This document shows, piece by piece, positions 34,270 through 44,031 of a stretch of DNA of 64,000 bases. The stretch lies in assembly GCA_946408075.1 (NCBI GenBank), contig CAMJQQ010000001.1, positions 139,790 through 203,789 on the forward strand. Reading direction: 5' to 3'. Below the pieces are notes generated by a model that worked only from the letters and a program-made list of their open reading frames with translations, did not search any database and was not told the origin of the DNA. This DNA comes from an uncultured Candidatus Saccharibacteria bacterium. Lineage in GTDB: Bacteria; Patescibacteriota; Saccharimonadia; Saccharimonadales; Saccharimonadaceae. The translations under genes and the position numbers were made by a program. How positions within the stretch are numbered: the first letter of the stretch is position 1; each line of letters begins with the position of its first letter.

Positions 34270-34776
34270 TTAATCGGACCAGCTATTGTGCTCGTAGCTT
34301 TCTCTGACGATTCGTCGATAAACTGATTTGTCATGGAAATGCTCGTAGATGCGTCCGACTGAAAGACAAATGGCGAGAAGACCAATAAAGGCCAAGATTA
34401 CGAACGAGGCTTTTACGCTGTCCGGCATCTCAATCTCTGTACGCAGCTGCAGATATTCAGTCGTGTAATTATTGTAGTCCGCATAGAGCGTGCCATCGCC
34501 CAGTTCGTGTAGTGGGCTAGGGTAGTAAGCCTCGACATAGTCGCCGAGCTTCTCATTATGGTAGTCGCTTGCCTTGTCGTGGCGGTAAAAAGCAATCTTC
34601 TGCCCAGATTCCAGCTTGATGCCGTATTCTTTTGCAGCGGCCGTTCGTAGAGCTTCTATCTGTTCTCGCTCATCGATGGTTGAGCCATAATAGCTCCGAA
34701 TGTTGCCAACGCATGCACCACAAATCACGATGGCTGCAAAAGTCAAAAGCAACGCCTGAATAATCTTCCGTCCCAT
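34270..34776 (-). CDS. Bitopic/two-TM protein with a ~110-aa external domain (168 aa), unknown function
   Basis: I chose the ATG at 34776 (MGRKIIQ...) because the strong SD GAGGAGGA lies 8 nt upstream; the track ORF starts at 34824. Confidence 0.55.
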   Translation of the reverse strand: MGRKIIQALLLTFAAIVICGACVGNIRSYYGSTIDEREQIEALRTAAAKEYGIKLESGQKIAFYRHDKASDYHNEKLGDYVEAYYPSPLHELGDGTLYADYNNYTTEYLQLRTEIEMPDSVKASFVILAFIGLLAICLSVGRIYEHFHDKSVYRRIVRESYEHNSWSD

Positions 34777-34892
34777 TTGTTTTTCCTCCTCTTCTAAAGA
34801 ACGATTTTTGTGTTTTTCTGACAAAAAGATATCTAAATATAATGATATAAAAGTCGGAAAAAGTCAATAACAAGCCCACGAAAAAATCTTAA

Positions 34893-34919
34893 TTAGCAGA
34901 CTTGACACGCGAGTGCTAG
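34893..34919 (+). promoter_or_regulatory. CIRCE-like operator 1 (imperfect), overlapping the dnaK promoter
   Basis: TTAGCAGAC-N9-GAGTGCTAG. The N9 contains the -35 TTGACA (34902-34907). The -10 TAAAAT is at 34925-34930, with a 17-bp spacer. Confidence 0.6.
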
Positions 34920-34940
34920 AGCGCTAAAATAGATACAAAT

Positions 34941-34967
34941 TTAGCACTCCATGCGAGTGAGTGCTAA
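34941..34967 (+). promoter_or_regulatory. CIRCE operator 2 (perfect HrcA-binding inverted repeat)
   Basis: TTAGCACTC-N9-GAGTGCTAA lies in the dnaK 5' UTR and matches the canonical CIRCE consensus exactly. Confidence 0.9.
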
Positions 34968-35003
34968 AACATAAGCAAATTTTCAAAGGAGGAAATTAGC
35001 AAA

Positions 35004-36914
35004 ATGGGTAAAATTATTGGTATTGACCTTGGTACGACTAACAGTGCCTTCGCCTACATGGTAGCGGGCAAGCCAGAAGTCATCACGAATGCCGAGGGGG
35101 ACCGCACGACGCCGTCTGTCGTTGCGCTCACAAAGAAGGGCGATCGCCTCGTTGGTAAGGTTGCTCAGCGCCAGCGTGTTACGAATCCAGAAAACACGAT
35201 TTATGGTATTAAGCGCCTCATTGGCCGCAAATTTAGCGACGACGAAGTTCAGCGCGACAAAGACATCATGCCATACAAGATTGTTAAGAAGGGCAATGCT
35301 GTCGGCGTAACGCTTGGCGACAAAGATTATACGCCAGAAGAAGTCTCCGCAATGATCTTGAGCAAAATCAAGGCTGATGCTGAAGCTTACCTCGGCGAAA
35401 AGGTCACCGAAGCTATCATTACGGTTCCTGCCTACTTTGACGATTCTCAGCGTCAAGCTACTAAGGATGCTGGTAAGATTGCCGGTCTCGAAGTTAAACG
35501 TATTATTAACGAGCCTACCGCAGCTGCTTTGGCTTATGGTCTCGAAAAGAAGGAAGACCAGAAGATTGTTGTCTTCGACCTTGGTGGCGGTACCTTCGAT
35601 GTTTCCGTCCTCGAGCTCGGCGATGGCGTCTTTGAAGTAAAGTCCACGAACGGTGATACGCACCTCGGTGGTGAAGATTTCGATAACATTATCGTTAACT
35701 ACATCCTCGACGACTTCAAGAAAGAAAACGGCATTGATCTCCGCAAAGATGCAGCCGCTATGCAGCGCATCAAGGATGAGGCCGAGAAGGCCAAGAAAGA
35801 GCTCAGCTCCGCAACCGAAACTGAAATCAATCTCCCATATATTACTGCTGATGCTGATGGTCCAAAGCACCTTGAGTTGACTTTGACTCGTGCCAAGCTC
35901 GAAGAGCTCGTCTCCGACCTCCTCGATCGCCTCGATGGTCCAGTTAAGAAAGCTTTGAAGGATGCCAAACTCAGCACTTCCGATATTAACGAAATCGTCA
36001 TGGTCGGTGGTATGACCCGCATGCCAGCCGTCGTCGAACGCGTTAAGAAAATCTTCGGCAAGGATCCAATGCAGGGCGTTAATCCGGACGAGGTTGTTGC
36101 GGTTGGTGCTGCAATTCAGGGCGGCGTGCTCGCCGGCGACGTTAAGGATGTTCTCCTCCTCGATGTCACTCCATTGACCCTCGGTATCGAGACTATGGGC
36201 GGCGTCCGTACTCCATTGATTGATCGCAACACTACGATTCCAACCAGCAAGTCCGAGGTCTTCTCGACCGCTAGCGACAATCAGCCACAGGTCGAAATTC
36301 ATGTCCTTCAGGGTGAACGCGAATTCGCTCGCGACAACAAGTCTCTCGGCCGCTTCATTCTCGACGGTATTGCTCCAGCTCCACGCGGCGTTCCGCAAAT
36401 CGAAGTTACCTTCAATCTCGACGCCAACGGTATCTTGAATGTTACCGCCAAGGATAAGGGTACCGGCAAAGAGCAGAGCATTACGATTCAGAACTCTGGC
36501 AACATGAGCAAAGAAGATATTGAAAAGGCCCAGAAGGATGCCGAGGCTCACGCCGCTGATGATAAGAAGCGCAAGGAAGCTGTTGACGCCAAGAACCATC
36601 TCGAAAACGCCATCTATCAGGCCGAAAAGATGCCATCCGAGTACAAGGATAAAATCTCCGACGAAGACAAGGATGCCATCAAAGAAGCCGTCAAGAAGGC
36701 TAAAGAGGCTCTCGAAGCCAACTCCGAAGACGCCGAAAAACTCGAAGAGGCTGCCAAGGAACTTAACGAGGCCATCATGCCAATCGGCGCCAAGTTGTAC
36801 CAGCAAGCAAGCGACGAAGCTGGCGACGGCGAAACCAAGACTCATCACGTCAAGTCTGACGACAACAAGTCTGACAACAAAGACGATTCCGTCGAAGGCG
36901 AAGTTGTTGACTAA
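35004..36914 (+). CDS. dnaK: Molecular chaperone DnaK (Hsp70)
   Basis: [17 protein letters not shown] and VGGMTRMP are present. The SD AAGGAGGA lies upstream. Confidence 0.97.
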   Translation: MGKIIGIDLGTTNSAFAYMVAGKPEVITNAEGDRTTPSVVALTKKGDRLVGKVAQRQRVTNPENTIYGIKRLIGRKFSDDEVQRDKDIMPYKIVKKGNAVGVTLGDKDYTPEEVSAMILSKIKADAEAYLGEKVTEAIITVPAYFDDSQRQATKDAGKIAGLEVKRIINEPTAAALAYGLEKKEDQKIVVFDLGGGTFDVSVLELGDGVFEVKSTNGDTHLGGEDFDNIIVNYILDDFKKENGIDLRKDAAAMQRIKDEAEKAKKELSSATETEINLPYITADADGPKHLELTLTRAKLEELVSDLLDRLDGPVKKALKDAKLSTSDINEIVMVGGMTRMPAVVERVKKIFGKDPMQGVNPDEVVAVGAAIQGGVLAGDVKDVLLLDVTPLTLGIETMGGVRTPLIDRNTTIPTSKSEVFSTASDNQPQVEIHVLQGEREFARDNKSLGRFILDGIAPAPRGVPQIEVTFNLDANGILNVTAKDKGTGKEQSITIQNSGNMSKEDIEKAQKDAEAHAADDKKRKEAVDAKNHLENAIYQAEKMPSEYKDKISDEDKDAIKEAVKKAKEALEANSEDAEKLEEAAKELNEAIMPIGAKLYQQASDEAGDGETKTHHVKSDDNKSDNKDDSVEGEVVD

Positions 36915-36923
36915 AACAAAATT

Positions 36924-36946
36924 TCCCCCGCAAGGGGGATTTTTTG
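36924..36946 (+). terminator. dnaK intrinsic terminator
   Basis: TCCCCC-GCAA-GGGGGA followed by a T7 run. Confidence 0.85.
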
Positions 36947-36967
36947 TTGGCGTGCTACAATTAGGGC

Positions 36968-37393
36968 ATGGCATTACTGGACGCAGAAGACAAGCAAGCT
37001 TTGCGCGAATTAGCTTTCGGCAAAGTCGAAAAAGTTAAAGACAAAATTTGGCGCGCAATCCTCTTGATTGGTCTGCTGATTATTTTGGCTCTCGGCATAA
37101 TCACGGCCATTCGCCTTCGTCATGCAATCGACAATATCTGGCTGCTCATCGGAGTCTTTGCGGCTGGTGCTAGTCTTCTCGTAATCATTCTTTCTCTTCG
37201 TATTTTCTCTGCTTATCATGCGCAGCTCCGCAAATTCCTCCTGCCGCTGACGATTATTTGTATCTGCTATGTCGCCTTCGCGCTCTTCGCGCCATGCTAT
37301 AGCATTAAACGGGAAGTTCAGTGCGCCGAAGTACCTTGCCCGCAGGATGAAGTTACCCATGTTTCCTTCGCTGGTCTCGGTTTTAAGTATTGA
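36968..37393 (+). CDS. Small three-TM membrane protein (141 aa), unknown function
   Basis: TGCTACAAT lies 6 nt upstream of the ATG; hydrophobic helices are present. Confidence 0.55.
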   Translation: MALLDAEDKQALRELAFGKVEKVKDKIWRAILLIGLLIILALGIITAIRLRHAIDNIWLLIGVFAAGASLLVIILSLRIFSAYHAQLRKFLLPLTIICICYVAFALFAPCYSIKREVQCAEVPCPQDEVTHVSFAGLGFKY

Positions 37394-37458
37394 TTTTTAA
37401 TAACGCTTATGTTATAATAAAAGTATATTGGCTTCAAAGTCGAGGTAAAAAACAAAAA

Positions 37459-38541
37459 ATGAACACCGAAACTATCGTTATTATCATTCTGGCGCTTGCC
37501 CTCATTGCGACGCTCCTAATTTCTGCGCGCAAAAATTCCCGCCTCACCGATTCTCTCAATCGCAAAATCGATGACGAAAACCGTCGCACGCAAGACAAAA
37601 TCGACCAGATGTACCAGCTTATGAATCAGAATAACGCCAACGTGCAAGATTCTATCTCGCGCCAGCTCAGTGTTTCTGATCGCCAACTTCGTGAGTCGAA
37701 CAAAGCTATGGCGGAAATTTCCGCTCGCCTTGCGACAATTACGGAGACCAACAAGCATGTCGGCTCGGTTGCCGAAGAGCTCAAATCGCTCCAAGCCGTC
37801 CTGCAAAACCCGAAACAGCGCGGCGTTTTTGGTGAGTTCTACCTCGATTCCGTGCTGGGCAACGTTTTGCCGCCAGGCTCCTACGAGACCCAATACAAGT
37901 TCAAAGACGGCGAAATCGTCGATGCGGTAGTTTTTCTCGACAAGGGTAAAATCCTTCCAATCGATTCGAAATTCTCACTCGAAAATTACAATCGCATGGT
38001 CGCCGCCGATACGAAAGCCGAGCGCGAAGCCTATGCTAAGAAAGTCCGTGAAGATCTCAAGGGGCGTATTGATGAAACCGCGAAATACATTCGCTCAGCC
38101 GAAAAGACCATGGATTTTGCTTTCATGTTCGTTCCGTCCGAAAGTCTCTATTATGATCTCTTAATCAATAAAGTCGGCGCCAATCAGCGCGATCTTATCG
38201 AGTATGCCTATCGCGACAAAAAGGTCATTATTACGAGTCCGACCAGCTTCATGGCTTATCTTCAGACCATTCTTCAAGGCCTTCGTAGCCTCGAAATCGA
38301 AAAAGATACGCAAGAAATCCAGGCGCGCGTCGCCAAACTCGGCACCCATCTGACCGCCTTCGAGAAATACATGCAAAAACTCGGCGCCGCCCTCGGCACG
38401 ACCGTCGGCCACTACAATGCCGCCTATAAATCTCTCGCCCAGGTCGACAAAGACGTTGTAAAAATAACGACAGGCAAAACTGACGCCACTAAAATCGAAG
38501 TCAAACTCATCGACCGCCCAAGCCTCGACGAAGATGAATAA
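37459..38541 (+). CDS. rmuC: DNA recombination protein RmuC
   Basis: N-terminal TM helix, a coiled-coil, then a RmuC nuclease-like C-terminal region (FMFVPSESLYYDLL...). I chose the ATG at 37459, which follows a GAGGT SD and a TGTTATAAT promoter (37410-37418). Confidence 0.8.
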   Translation: MNTETIVIIILALALIATLLISARKNSRLTDSLNRKIDDENRRTQDKIDQMYQLMNQNNANVQDSISRQLSVSDRQLRESNKAMAEISARLATITETNKHVGSVAEELKSLQAVLQNPKQRGVFGEFYLDSVLGNVLPPGSYETQYKFKDGEIVDAVVFLDKGKILPIDSKFSLENYNRMVAADTKAEREAYAKKVREDLKGRIDETAKYIRSAEKTMDFAFMFVPSESLYYDLLINKVGANQRDLIEYAYRDKKVIITSPTSFMAYLQTILQGLRSLEIEKDTQEIQARVAKLGTHLTAFEKYMQKLGAALGTTVGHYNAAYKSLAQVDKDVVKITTGKTDATKIEVKLIDRPSLDEDE

Positions 38542-38544
38542 AAA

Positions 38545-38573
38545 AAGACCCGCCACGAATCGTGACGGGTCTT
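38545..38573. terminator. Bidirectional terminator between rmuC and lepB
   Basis: AAGACCCG...CGGGTCTT outer stem with CACG/CGTG inner pairs, flanked by A-runs and T-runs. Confidence 0.65.
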
Positions 38574-38581
38574 ACTTGTGA

Positions 38582-39244
38582 TTAGAAGAATCGGAATTTA
38601 TTTAGTGGCAAAAGTCTCATCGAAACTGGGCCAATCACGCGGCAGAACGGAATCGTGCCGAGTCCACTGCGCGAATCGTAGGAATTGCTACCCTCGCGGT
38701 TATCGCCGCTCACGAATAATTCTCCGTCAGGCACAATCATATTTACGTTGCCGGAAGTATATTTCTTCGGACCATCCGTGTCGGATTTGCGCGTATTTTC
38801 ATCTGGCGAAAAACCTTCCGGATGCTCGTTATTAAAGACTGTCAGCTCGCCATTTTCGACCACGACGCGCTCGCCAGGGAAGGCAATCACGCGTTTAATA
38901 ATATATTTTTCGTTCGTATTTTCAATCGGCTCGCAATTTGTTGCGCGCGTATTTCCGCCGTTCGCGAACACGATAACCTGATCGCGCTTTGGTACATAGG
39001 CCTCACCATTCAAATGCGCCCAACTCACTGGCAACCGATTTACAATCACGCGGTCGCCATCATGCAAAGTATTTTCCATGCTAATGCCAATCACGTTGAA
39101 ACTTCGAAAAACGAAAGCATTCAAAACCAGGGTACCGATAACGATCGCCCCAATAAAGCTCAAAAAACTAAAAATATCGCGCAACTTCGGATATTTCTGA
39201 GCAAATGTCAGTTTTGGCCTCCTATCTTCTTCCATACAATCCAT
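38582..39244 (-). CDS. lepB: Signal peptidase I
   Basis: GISMENTL (catalytic Ser box), YIIKRVIAFPGERV (Lys box) and GDNREGSNSYDSR are present, plus an N-terminal TM helix. Confidence 0.85.
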   Translation of the reverse strand: MDCMEEDRRPKLTFAQKYPKLRDIFSFLSFIGAIVIGTLVLNAFVFRSFNVIGISMENTLHDGDRVIVNRLPVSWAHLNGEAYVPKRDQVIVFANGGNTRATNCEPIENTNEKYIIKRVIAFPGERVVVENGELTVFNNEHPEGFSPDENTRKSDTDGPKKYTSGNVNMIVPDGELFVSGDNREGSNSYDSRSGLGTIPFCRVIGPVSMRLLPLNKFRFF

Positions 39245-39294
39245 TTTAGCATAAGTAGCGCCAAAAGTCTGTCTGTGCTAAAATATATAAAGTT

Positions 39295-40086
39295 ATGGCA
39301 GATTATATTATGCTGCGAAAAGGGCGTAATGCACTCAGCACGCTTACGCATATTATTCTAAATATTCTTCTTGCGGTCGTTTCGACGGCATTGACTGTGG
39401 TTTCTGGTAACTGGGTTTTTGGCGTCCTGCTCGTCATCTTGTCGAAGTGGCGCGTCGTAGCGGTTCGTCCGCGTTATTGGTGGCTCAATATCAAGGCCAA
39501 CCTTGTCGATTTTGTTGTCGGCATTAGCCTCGTTCTGCTCGTCTACCTGTCTGGTAGCGATAGCCTCAATGCGTGGCATGTTATTTTTACGGCCTTCTAT
39601 ATTATTTGGCTAGTCATTATTAAGCCGCAGAGCAGCACGATTATGACCGAGATTCAGGCGCTTTCGGCGATTTTCCTTGGTAACTTTGCCGTTACAATGC
39701 TTGCCGCCAATGTCGATCCACTGATCAGTGTTGGTTGTGCCTTAATAATTGGCTACGGCGCCTGCCGCCACGTCCTAGTGCAGGGCGAAGATCATGATTT
39801 TATGCTTGCGACCTTCATTTTTGGCCTCCTCAATGCAGAGCTCGCCTGGGTTCTTTATCACTGGTCAATTATTTATAAAGTCACGATTCTTGGCGCGACT
39901 TTTGCGATTCCGCAACAGCCAATCCTCTCGGCACTCATGTTCTTCGTCTTCGCACGCGGCTACAAATCTGCCATTCGTCACGACGGCAAAATTCGCAGTA
40001 GTGACCTAACGATGCCGGCCATCTTTTCAGCTTTGGTTATGATTGTGATGATATTCTTCTACTCAGAGGCGAATTTTAATATTTAA
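39295..40086 (+). CDS. Polytopic membrane protein (263 aa), unknown function
   Basis: 7-8 hydrophobic segments. TGCTAAAAT lies 10 nt upstream of the ATG. Confidence 0.55.
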   Translation: MADYIMLRKGRNALSTLTHIILNILLAVVSTALTVVSGNWVFGVLLVILSKWRVVAVRPRYWWLNIKANLVDFVVGISLVLLVYLSGSDSLNAWHVIFTAFYIIWLVIIKPQSSTIMTEIQALSAIFLGNFAVTMLAANVDPLISVGCALIIGYGACRHVLVQGEDHDFMLATFIFGLLNAELAWVLYHWSIIYKVTILGATFAIPQQPILSALMFFVFARGYKSAIRHDGKIRSSDLTMPAIFSALVMIVMIFFYSEANFNI

Positions 40087-40100
40087 AAGAAAGGAATTAT

Positions 40101-41372
40101 ATGGAGAGTGGGAATTCTATTTCTGACTCAAACGCCCCAGCGCCAACTACGCCCGAGGCAAACAAAGATAACGATTGGCGTAATAATGCCTTGGTAGTAA
40201 AAGCGCAAACGGCACCAAATACTCCGAACGCTCCGCGCGAACGCGGCGGTAGCGCTGGTGCTATTGGCTTGGCTTGCTTCTCGCTCTTGGTTGGTTGTTT
40301 TGGCATTATTCTCGCAATCGCAGCCATCTCGAAAACTTCGAATCTAACCCAAAACAGCGGCAACAATACGACCTCGGCAAACGGTTACTATAACGGCAAT
40401 TCGGTCGAATTTGAACAGACCTCCATCGCTGCAATCGTCGAAAAGGTTACGCCTGCCGTCGTCTCGATTATTACTTCTAGCACGCAAACTGGCGGCAGTC
40501 GCTGGAGCGGTCAGTATAGCTATGACGTTCAGTCTGCCGGCACTGGTATGATTGTTTCTAGTGATGGCTATATCCTGACGAACAAGCACGTCGTTGAGGG
40601 TGGTCACGCCTTCCAGGTTACGACTAGTGAAGGTGAAGCTTATGATAACGTAACGCTCGTCGCTGAAGATCCATTGAACGACGTCGCTTATCTCAAGATT
40701 AATGGCGTTTCCGATCTTCCGACCGTCACGCTTGGCGATTCGAAGACGATTGCGGTTGGCCAGCCAGTACTCGCAATCGGTAATGCACAAGGTCTCTATC
40801 AGAATACTGTGACGCAAGGTATCATTAGCGGGACGGGCCGTAGCCTCGATGCTGGTGATTCTGATGGCGGGAATCTGGAAACTTTGACCGATATGCTCCA
40901 GACTGATGCAGCGATTAATCCAGGCAACTCTGGCGGTCCGCTCGTCAATGCGAATGGTGATGTGATTGGCATCAATACTGCCGTTTCGACCGAAGGTCAG
41001 GGCATCGGTTTTGCGATTCCGATTTCTGCTACGCTCGGCATGCTTCATAATATTACCGACAATGGTGAAACGGGCCGCGCTTATGTAGGTGTGTCCTATA
41101 CTCAGATTACTCCAGAGATGGCGAAGGCCGAAAACCTCAGCTCTAAGACTGGCGCTCTCGTTAAGGCCGTCGTCGCGAATGGTCCAGGCGCTGCTGCTGG
41201 CATCAAAGAGCGCGACATTATTACGAAAGTAAACGGCACCGCTATTGGTCGCGCCGGCTCGGTTGCGACCTTGATTGGCGAGTACAAGCCAGGCGAAACG
41301 GTCGAATTGACGATTTTGCGTGGCGGTGAAGAACTCACGATTAGCGTCACACTTGCTGCCTACTCGGAATAA
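40101..41372 (+). CDS. HtrA/DegP-like trypsin-fold serine protease with PDZ domain, membrane-anchored
   Basis: GTGMIVSSDGYILTNKHVV (His), TDAAINPGNSGGPL (Ser), a C-terminal PDZ-like region and an N-terminal TM helix. Confidence 0.85.
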   Translation: MESGNSISDSNAPAPTTPEANKDNDWRNNALVVKAQTAPNTPNAPRERGGSAGAIGLACFSLLVGCFGIILAIAAISKTSNLTQNSGNNTTSANGYYNGNSVEFEQTSIAAIVEKVTPAVVSIITSSTQTGGSRWSGQYSYDVQSAGTGMIVSSDGYILTNKHVVEGGHAFQVTTSEGEAYDNVTLVAEDPLNDVAYLKINGVSDLPTVTLGDSKTIAVGQPVLAIGNAQGLYQNTVTQGIISGTGRSLDAGDSDGGNLETLTDMLQTDAAINPGNSGGPLVNANGDVIGINTAVSTEGQGIGFAIPISATLGMLHNITDNGETGRAYVGVSYTQITPEMAKAENLSSKTGALVKAVVANGPGAAAGIKERDIITKVNGTAIGRAGSVATLIGEYKPGETVELTILRGGEELTISVTLAAYSE

Positions 41373-41380
41373 GGCATGAC

Positions 41381-41412
41381 AAAAGCCCCAGTGTAATACT
41401 GGGGCTATTTTT
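41381..41412. terminator. Bidirectional terminator
   Basis: AGCCCCAGT-gtaat-ACTGGGGCT flanked by AAAA and TTTTT. Confidence 0.75.
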
Positions 41413-41433
41413 GCGGATTGTTTGCTCGGGTGA

Positions 41434-41805
41434 TTACTTGGCGGCTTCCCGCCGTTTGGTCTTGGCGGTCTTCGAGGCCTTTTTGTAGATGCGTGCAAGC
41501 TCGAGGATGAGCTCGTTCGCCTGCTTGAACTTTTTGCTTTTATCGCACTCGTAGTAGGCTGCCAGCAGCTTGGGCTCCGGCCTCTCGTCCGAATAACTGA
41601 ACAGACCAAGTTTCGTAAGTTCGTTCAGCTCAGTGAGGATTTCATCGATCAATGCGTTGGGGTTTGCGAAGATCACTTCCTTGTCGGCATCCCGCAGCAG
41701 GCTGATGAGTCTGTGATACATCAGTGTTCCCTTCGCGGTTCTGATGCGTTTGATTCTCGTTTCGTATTCGCTTCTAACTATGACGACTCGTTCGCTAGTT
41801 TTCAT
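41434..41805 (-). CDS. Hypothetical basic cytoplasmic protein (123 aa)
   Basis: The SD AAAGGATG lies upstream. I recognised no motif. It has a Lys/Arg-rich C-terminal tail (KKASKTAKTKRREAAK). Confidence 0.5.
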   Translation of the reverse strand: MKTSERVVIVRSEYETRIKRIRTAKGTLMYHRLISLLRDADKEVIFANPNALIDEILTELNELTKLGLFSYSDERPEPKLLAAYYECDKSKKFKQANELILELARIYKKASKTAKTKRREAAK

Positions 41806-41981
41806 GGGATATCATCCTTTCCGCACAAAAATGTAAGATACACGCGCTCGTTGCGCGATTTTCATATTATAACATAATATTAATCTGTTATTGCGGAAAA
41901 AATAAAAATGTGCTAAAATTGCAAGGTAATAATATTTAACGAAACAGCCCGTTACCACTCGGGCGAAGGAGAAGGTAGAAG

Positions 41982-42683
41982 ATGCCTGTTAAAGCAGATA
42001 TCAAGGAGCTCCTTGCTGCCGGTGCGCATTTTGGTCACAAGACTAGCCGCTGGCACCCAAAGATGGCTCCATACATTCACAGCAAGCGCCAAGGCGCCCA
42101 CATTATTAACCTCGAAAAGACCGTCGAAGCTCTCGACGCCGCTCTTCCAGAGATCAGCAAAATCGCCGCAAAGGGCAAGAAAGTTCTCTTTGTTGGTACC
42201 AAAAAGCAGCTCAAAGATGCCGTTAAGGAAACCGCTGAGTCTGTAGATATGCCATACGTTACGGTTCGTTGGGTTGGCGGTATGCTCACCAACGTCGAAA
42301 CTGTCACTAAGCAGATCCGCAAACTCAAGGACCTCGAACGCCGCATGGCTTCCGGTGAACTCGAAAAGCGCTACAACAAACTTGAAGTTCAGCGCTTCCA
42401 GGAAGAAATCGATATGCTCAACGAGCGCTACGGTGGCATCAAGGATATGAGCGAACAGCCAGCTGCTGTTATTATCACTGATTTGATCCAGGATAAGAAC
42501 GCCGTCAAGGAAGCTCAGACTCTCAACATTCCTGTATTCGCCATCTGCGATACGAACGTTGACCCAAGTGGTATTGATTTCCCAATCCCAGCCAACGATG
42601 ACGCTATCAAGGCCGTCAAATTGATTCTCGATTACTTCGCTGCTGCCGTTAAAGAAGGCAAAGCCAAAATCGCTAAGAACTAA
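41982..42683 (+). CDS. rpsB: 30S ribosomal protein S2
   Basis: LLAAGAHFGHKTSRWHPKM and DTNVDP are present. The SD GAAGGAGAAGG lies upstream, after a ~60-nt leader containing a GCCCG...CGGGC hairpin. Confidence 0.95.
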   Translation: MPVKADIKELLAAGAHFGHKTSRWHPKMAPYIHSKRQGAHIINLEKTVEALDAALPEISKIAAKGKKVLFVGTKKQLKDAVKETAESVDMPYVTVRWVGGMLTNVETVTKQIRKLKDLERRMASGELEKRYNKLEVQRFQEEIDMLNERYGGIKDMSEQPAAVIITDLIQDKNAVKEAQTLNIPVFAICDTNVDPSGIDFPIPANDDAIKAVKLILDYFAAAVKEGKAKIAKN

Positions 42684-42706
42684 CAATTAAATAGGAGTTT
42701 TATAAA

Positions 42707-43303
42707 ATGGCAAATATTAGCATTGAAGACATCAAGAAGCTCAAGGAACTTTCCGGCGTTGGTTTGACCGACGCTAAGAAAGCTCTCGTTGAAGCCGATG
42801 GTGACTTCGATAAGGCTCTCAAGGCTATGCGCGAAAAAGGCCTCACCAAGGCTGAAAAGCGCGGCGACCGCGAAACTCGCGAAGGTATCGTCGACGCTTA
42901 CGTCCATGATGGCCGCATCGCTGCTATCGTCGAGCTTAACTGTGAGACTTCCTTCGTTGCTAAGACCGACGAATTCAAGGATCTCGCTCACAAGATCGCC
43001 ATGCAGGTTGCTTCCATGAACCCAATGTGGATCAACGAAGAAGATATTCCAGAAGAGAAGCGTGCTGAAGCTATGAAAGAAGCTGAAGCTACCCTCACTG
43101 GCAAAGAACCAGCAGACCGCAAAGAGCAAATCTTGGCCAGCAAGGTCTCCAAGGCCTTCTCCGATCGCGTTCTCATGGCTCAGCCATACATCTTCGACGA
43201 CAGCAAGACTGTTGCTGAATTCATTAAGGAATCCATTGCGAAGACTGGTGAAAACATCAACGTCAAGCAGTTCAAGCGCATCGAGCTTGGTGTCACCGAG
43301 TAA
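42707..43303 (+). CDS. tsf: Elongation factor Ts (short, 198-aa form)
   Basis: IKKLKELSGVGLTDAKKALVEADGDFDKALKAMREKG is the UBA-like N-terminal signature. It sits directly after rpsB. Confidence 0.9.
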   Translation: MANISIEDIKKLKELSGVGLTDAKKALVEADGDFDKALKAMREKGLTKAEKRGDRETREGIVDAYVHDGRIAAIVELNCETSFVAKTDEFKDLAHKIAMQVASMNPMWINEEDIPEEKRAEAMKEAEATLTGKEPADRKEQILASKVSKAFSDRVLMAQPYIFDDSKTVAEFIKESIAKTGENINVKQFKRIELGVTE

Positions 43304-43316
43304 TTAGTGCTTTAAA

Positions 43317-43346
43317 AATCCGCCCCTTGCTAGGCGGATTTTTTGT
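43317..43346. terminator. Bidirectional terminator
   Basis: AATCCGCC-ccttgcta-GGCGGATT followed by a T-run. Confidence 0.8.
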
Positions 43347-43353
43347 TGCTAGT

Positions 43354-43974
43354 TTAAGCTTTAGCTTTGAAACAATATAGGCCAAGAACGCCAGTGAAGA
43401 CGACGGCGCTATAGAGGCTGAAGCGCTCAAATATTCCTACCATTGGCACATTCCAGGCTAAAACCGAGCCAATGAGCATGCATGCGAGTGCACCCAAAGC
43501 GAGGGCGCCGAATTTCTTTTGCTTTTGCTTGAACGCGCCGACCGCAATCATGATTAGCGAAGCAATCGACAGCAGTACTACGATTGGTGTTATTACGCCG
43601 TCGTGAATGAAAAGTTGAATCGTTCCATTATCATTAGAGTTGTTGTGCAATGGGCAAAGTGCGTACCCAATCGCAGAGATGAAATTCATTATAGTAAACA
43701 GATAGACGCCGAGACGCAAAGATTTTTGTTTTTGATTCTTAATTACAATACAGGCTAGCACGCAACAAAGGCAGGCAAAGATTTTATAGCCAGTCACGAA
43801 AGCATTCGCGATACGCTCCGAAGGTGCGCCAATGGCCGTTAAGTTGCTGACCGGATCGTGAATCCAATCGTAGCTTGGATAGTTAGCTGCACCGACGATG
43901 TCGTGCAATAAATAGAAAACGACTGCGACAATGCCGCTAAGGCAAAGCCAGTTGATTAATTTACGCTTCTTCAT
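43354..43974 (-). CDS. Polytopic membrane protein (206 aa), possibly DUF998-like
   Basis: Six hydrophobic segments. The family assignment is tentative. Confidence 0.4.
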   Translation of the reverse strand: MKKRKLINWLCLSGIVAVVFYLLHDIVGAANYPSYDWIHDPVSNLTAIGAPSERIANAFVTGYKIFACLCCVLACIVIKNQKQKSLRLGVYLFTIMNFISAIGYALCPLHNNSNDNGTIQLFIHDGVITPIVVLLSIASLIMIAVGAFKQKQKKFGALALGALACMLIGSVLAWNVPMVGIFERFSLYSAVVFTGVLGLYCFKAKA

Positions 43975-44031
43975 AAGTTCATTCTATCATCAAAAAACCA
44001 CCCTTCGAAAAGAGTGGTTTAATGTCAGCTA

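Noticed and set aside
34983-36974. A 663-aa ORF antisense to dnaK. Similar antisense ORFs lie opposite other core genes: 27479..29881 (secA), 46298..48694 (pheT), 25567..26652 (serS), 40344..41609 (htrA-like), 41952..42686 (rpsB), 23036..23680 (gltX) and 49533..50408.
   Set aside because: Most of them are codon-aligned mirror frames of genes with unmistakable protein motifs, and their own translations are low-complexity with no motifs, SD or promoter. The open frame follows from the absence of TTA, CTA and TCA sense codons. I report this as a codon-usage observation, not as genes.
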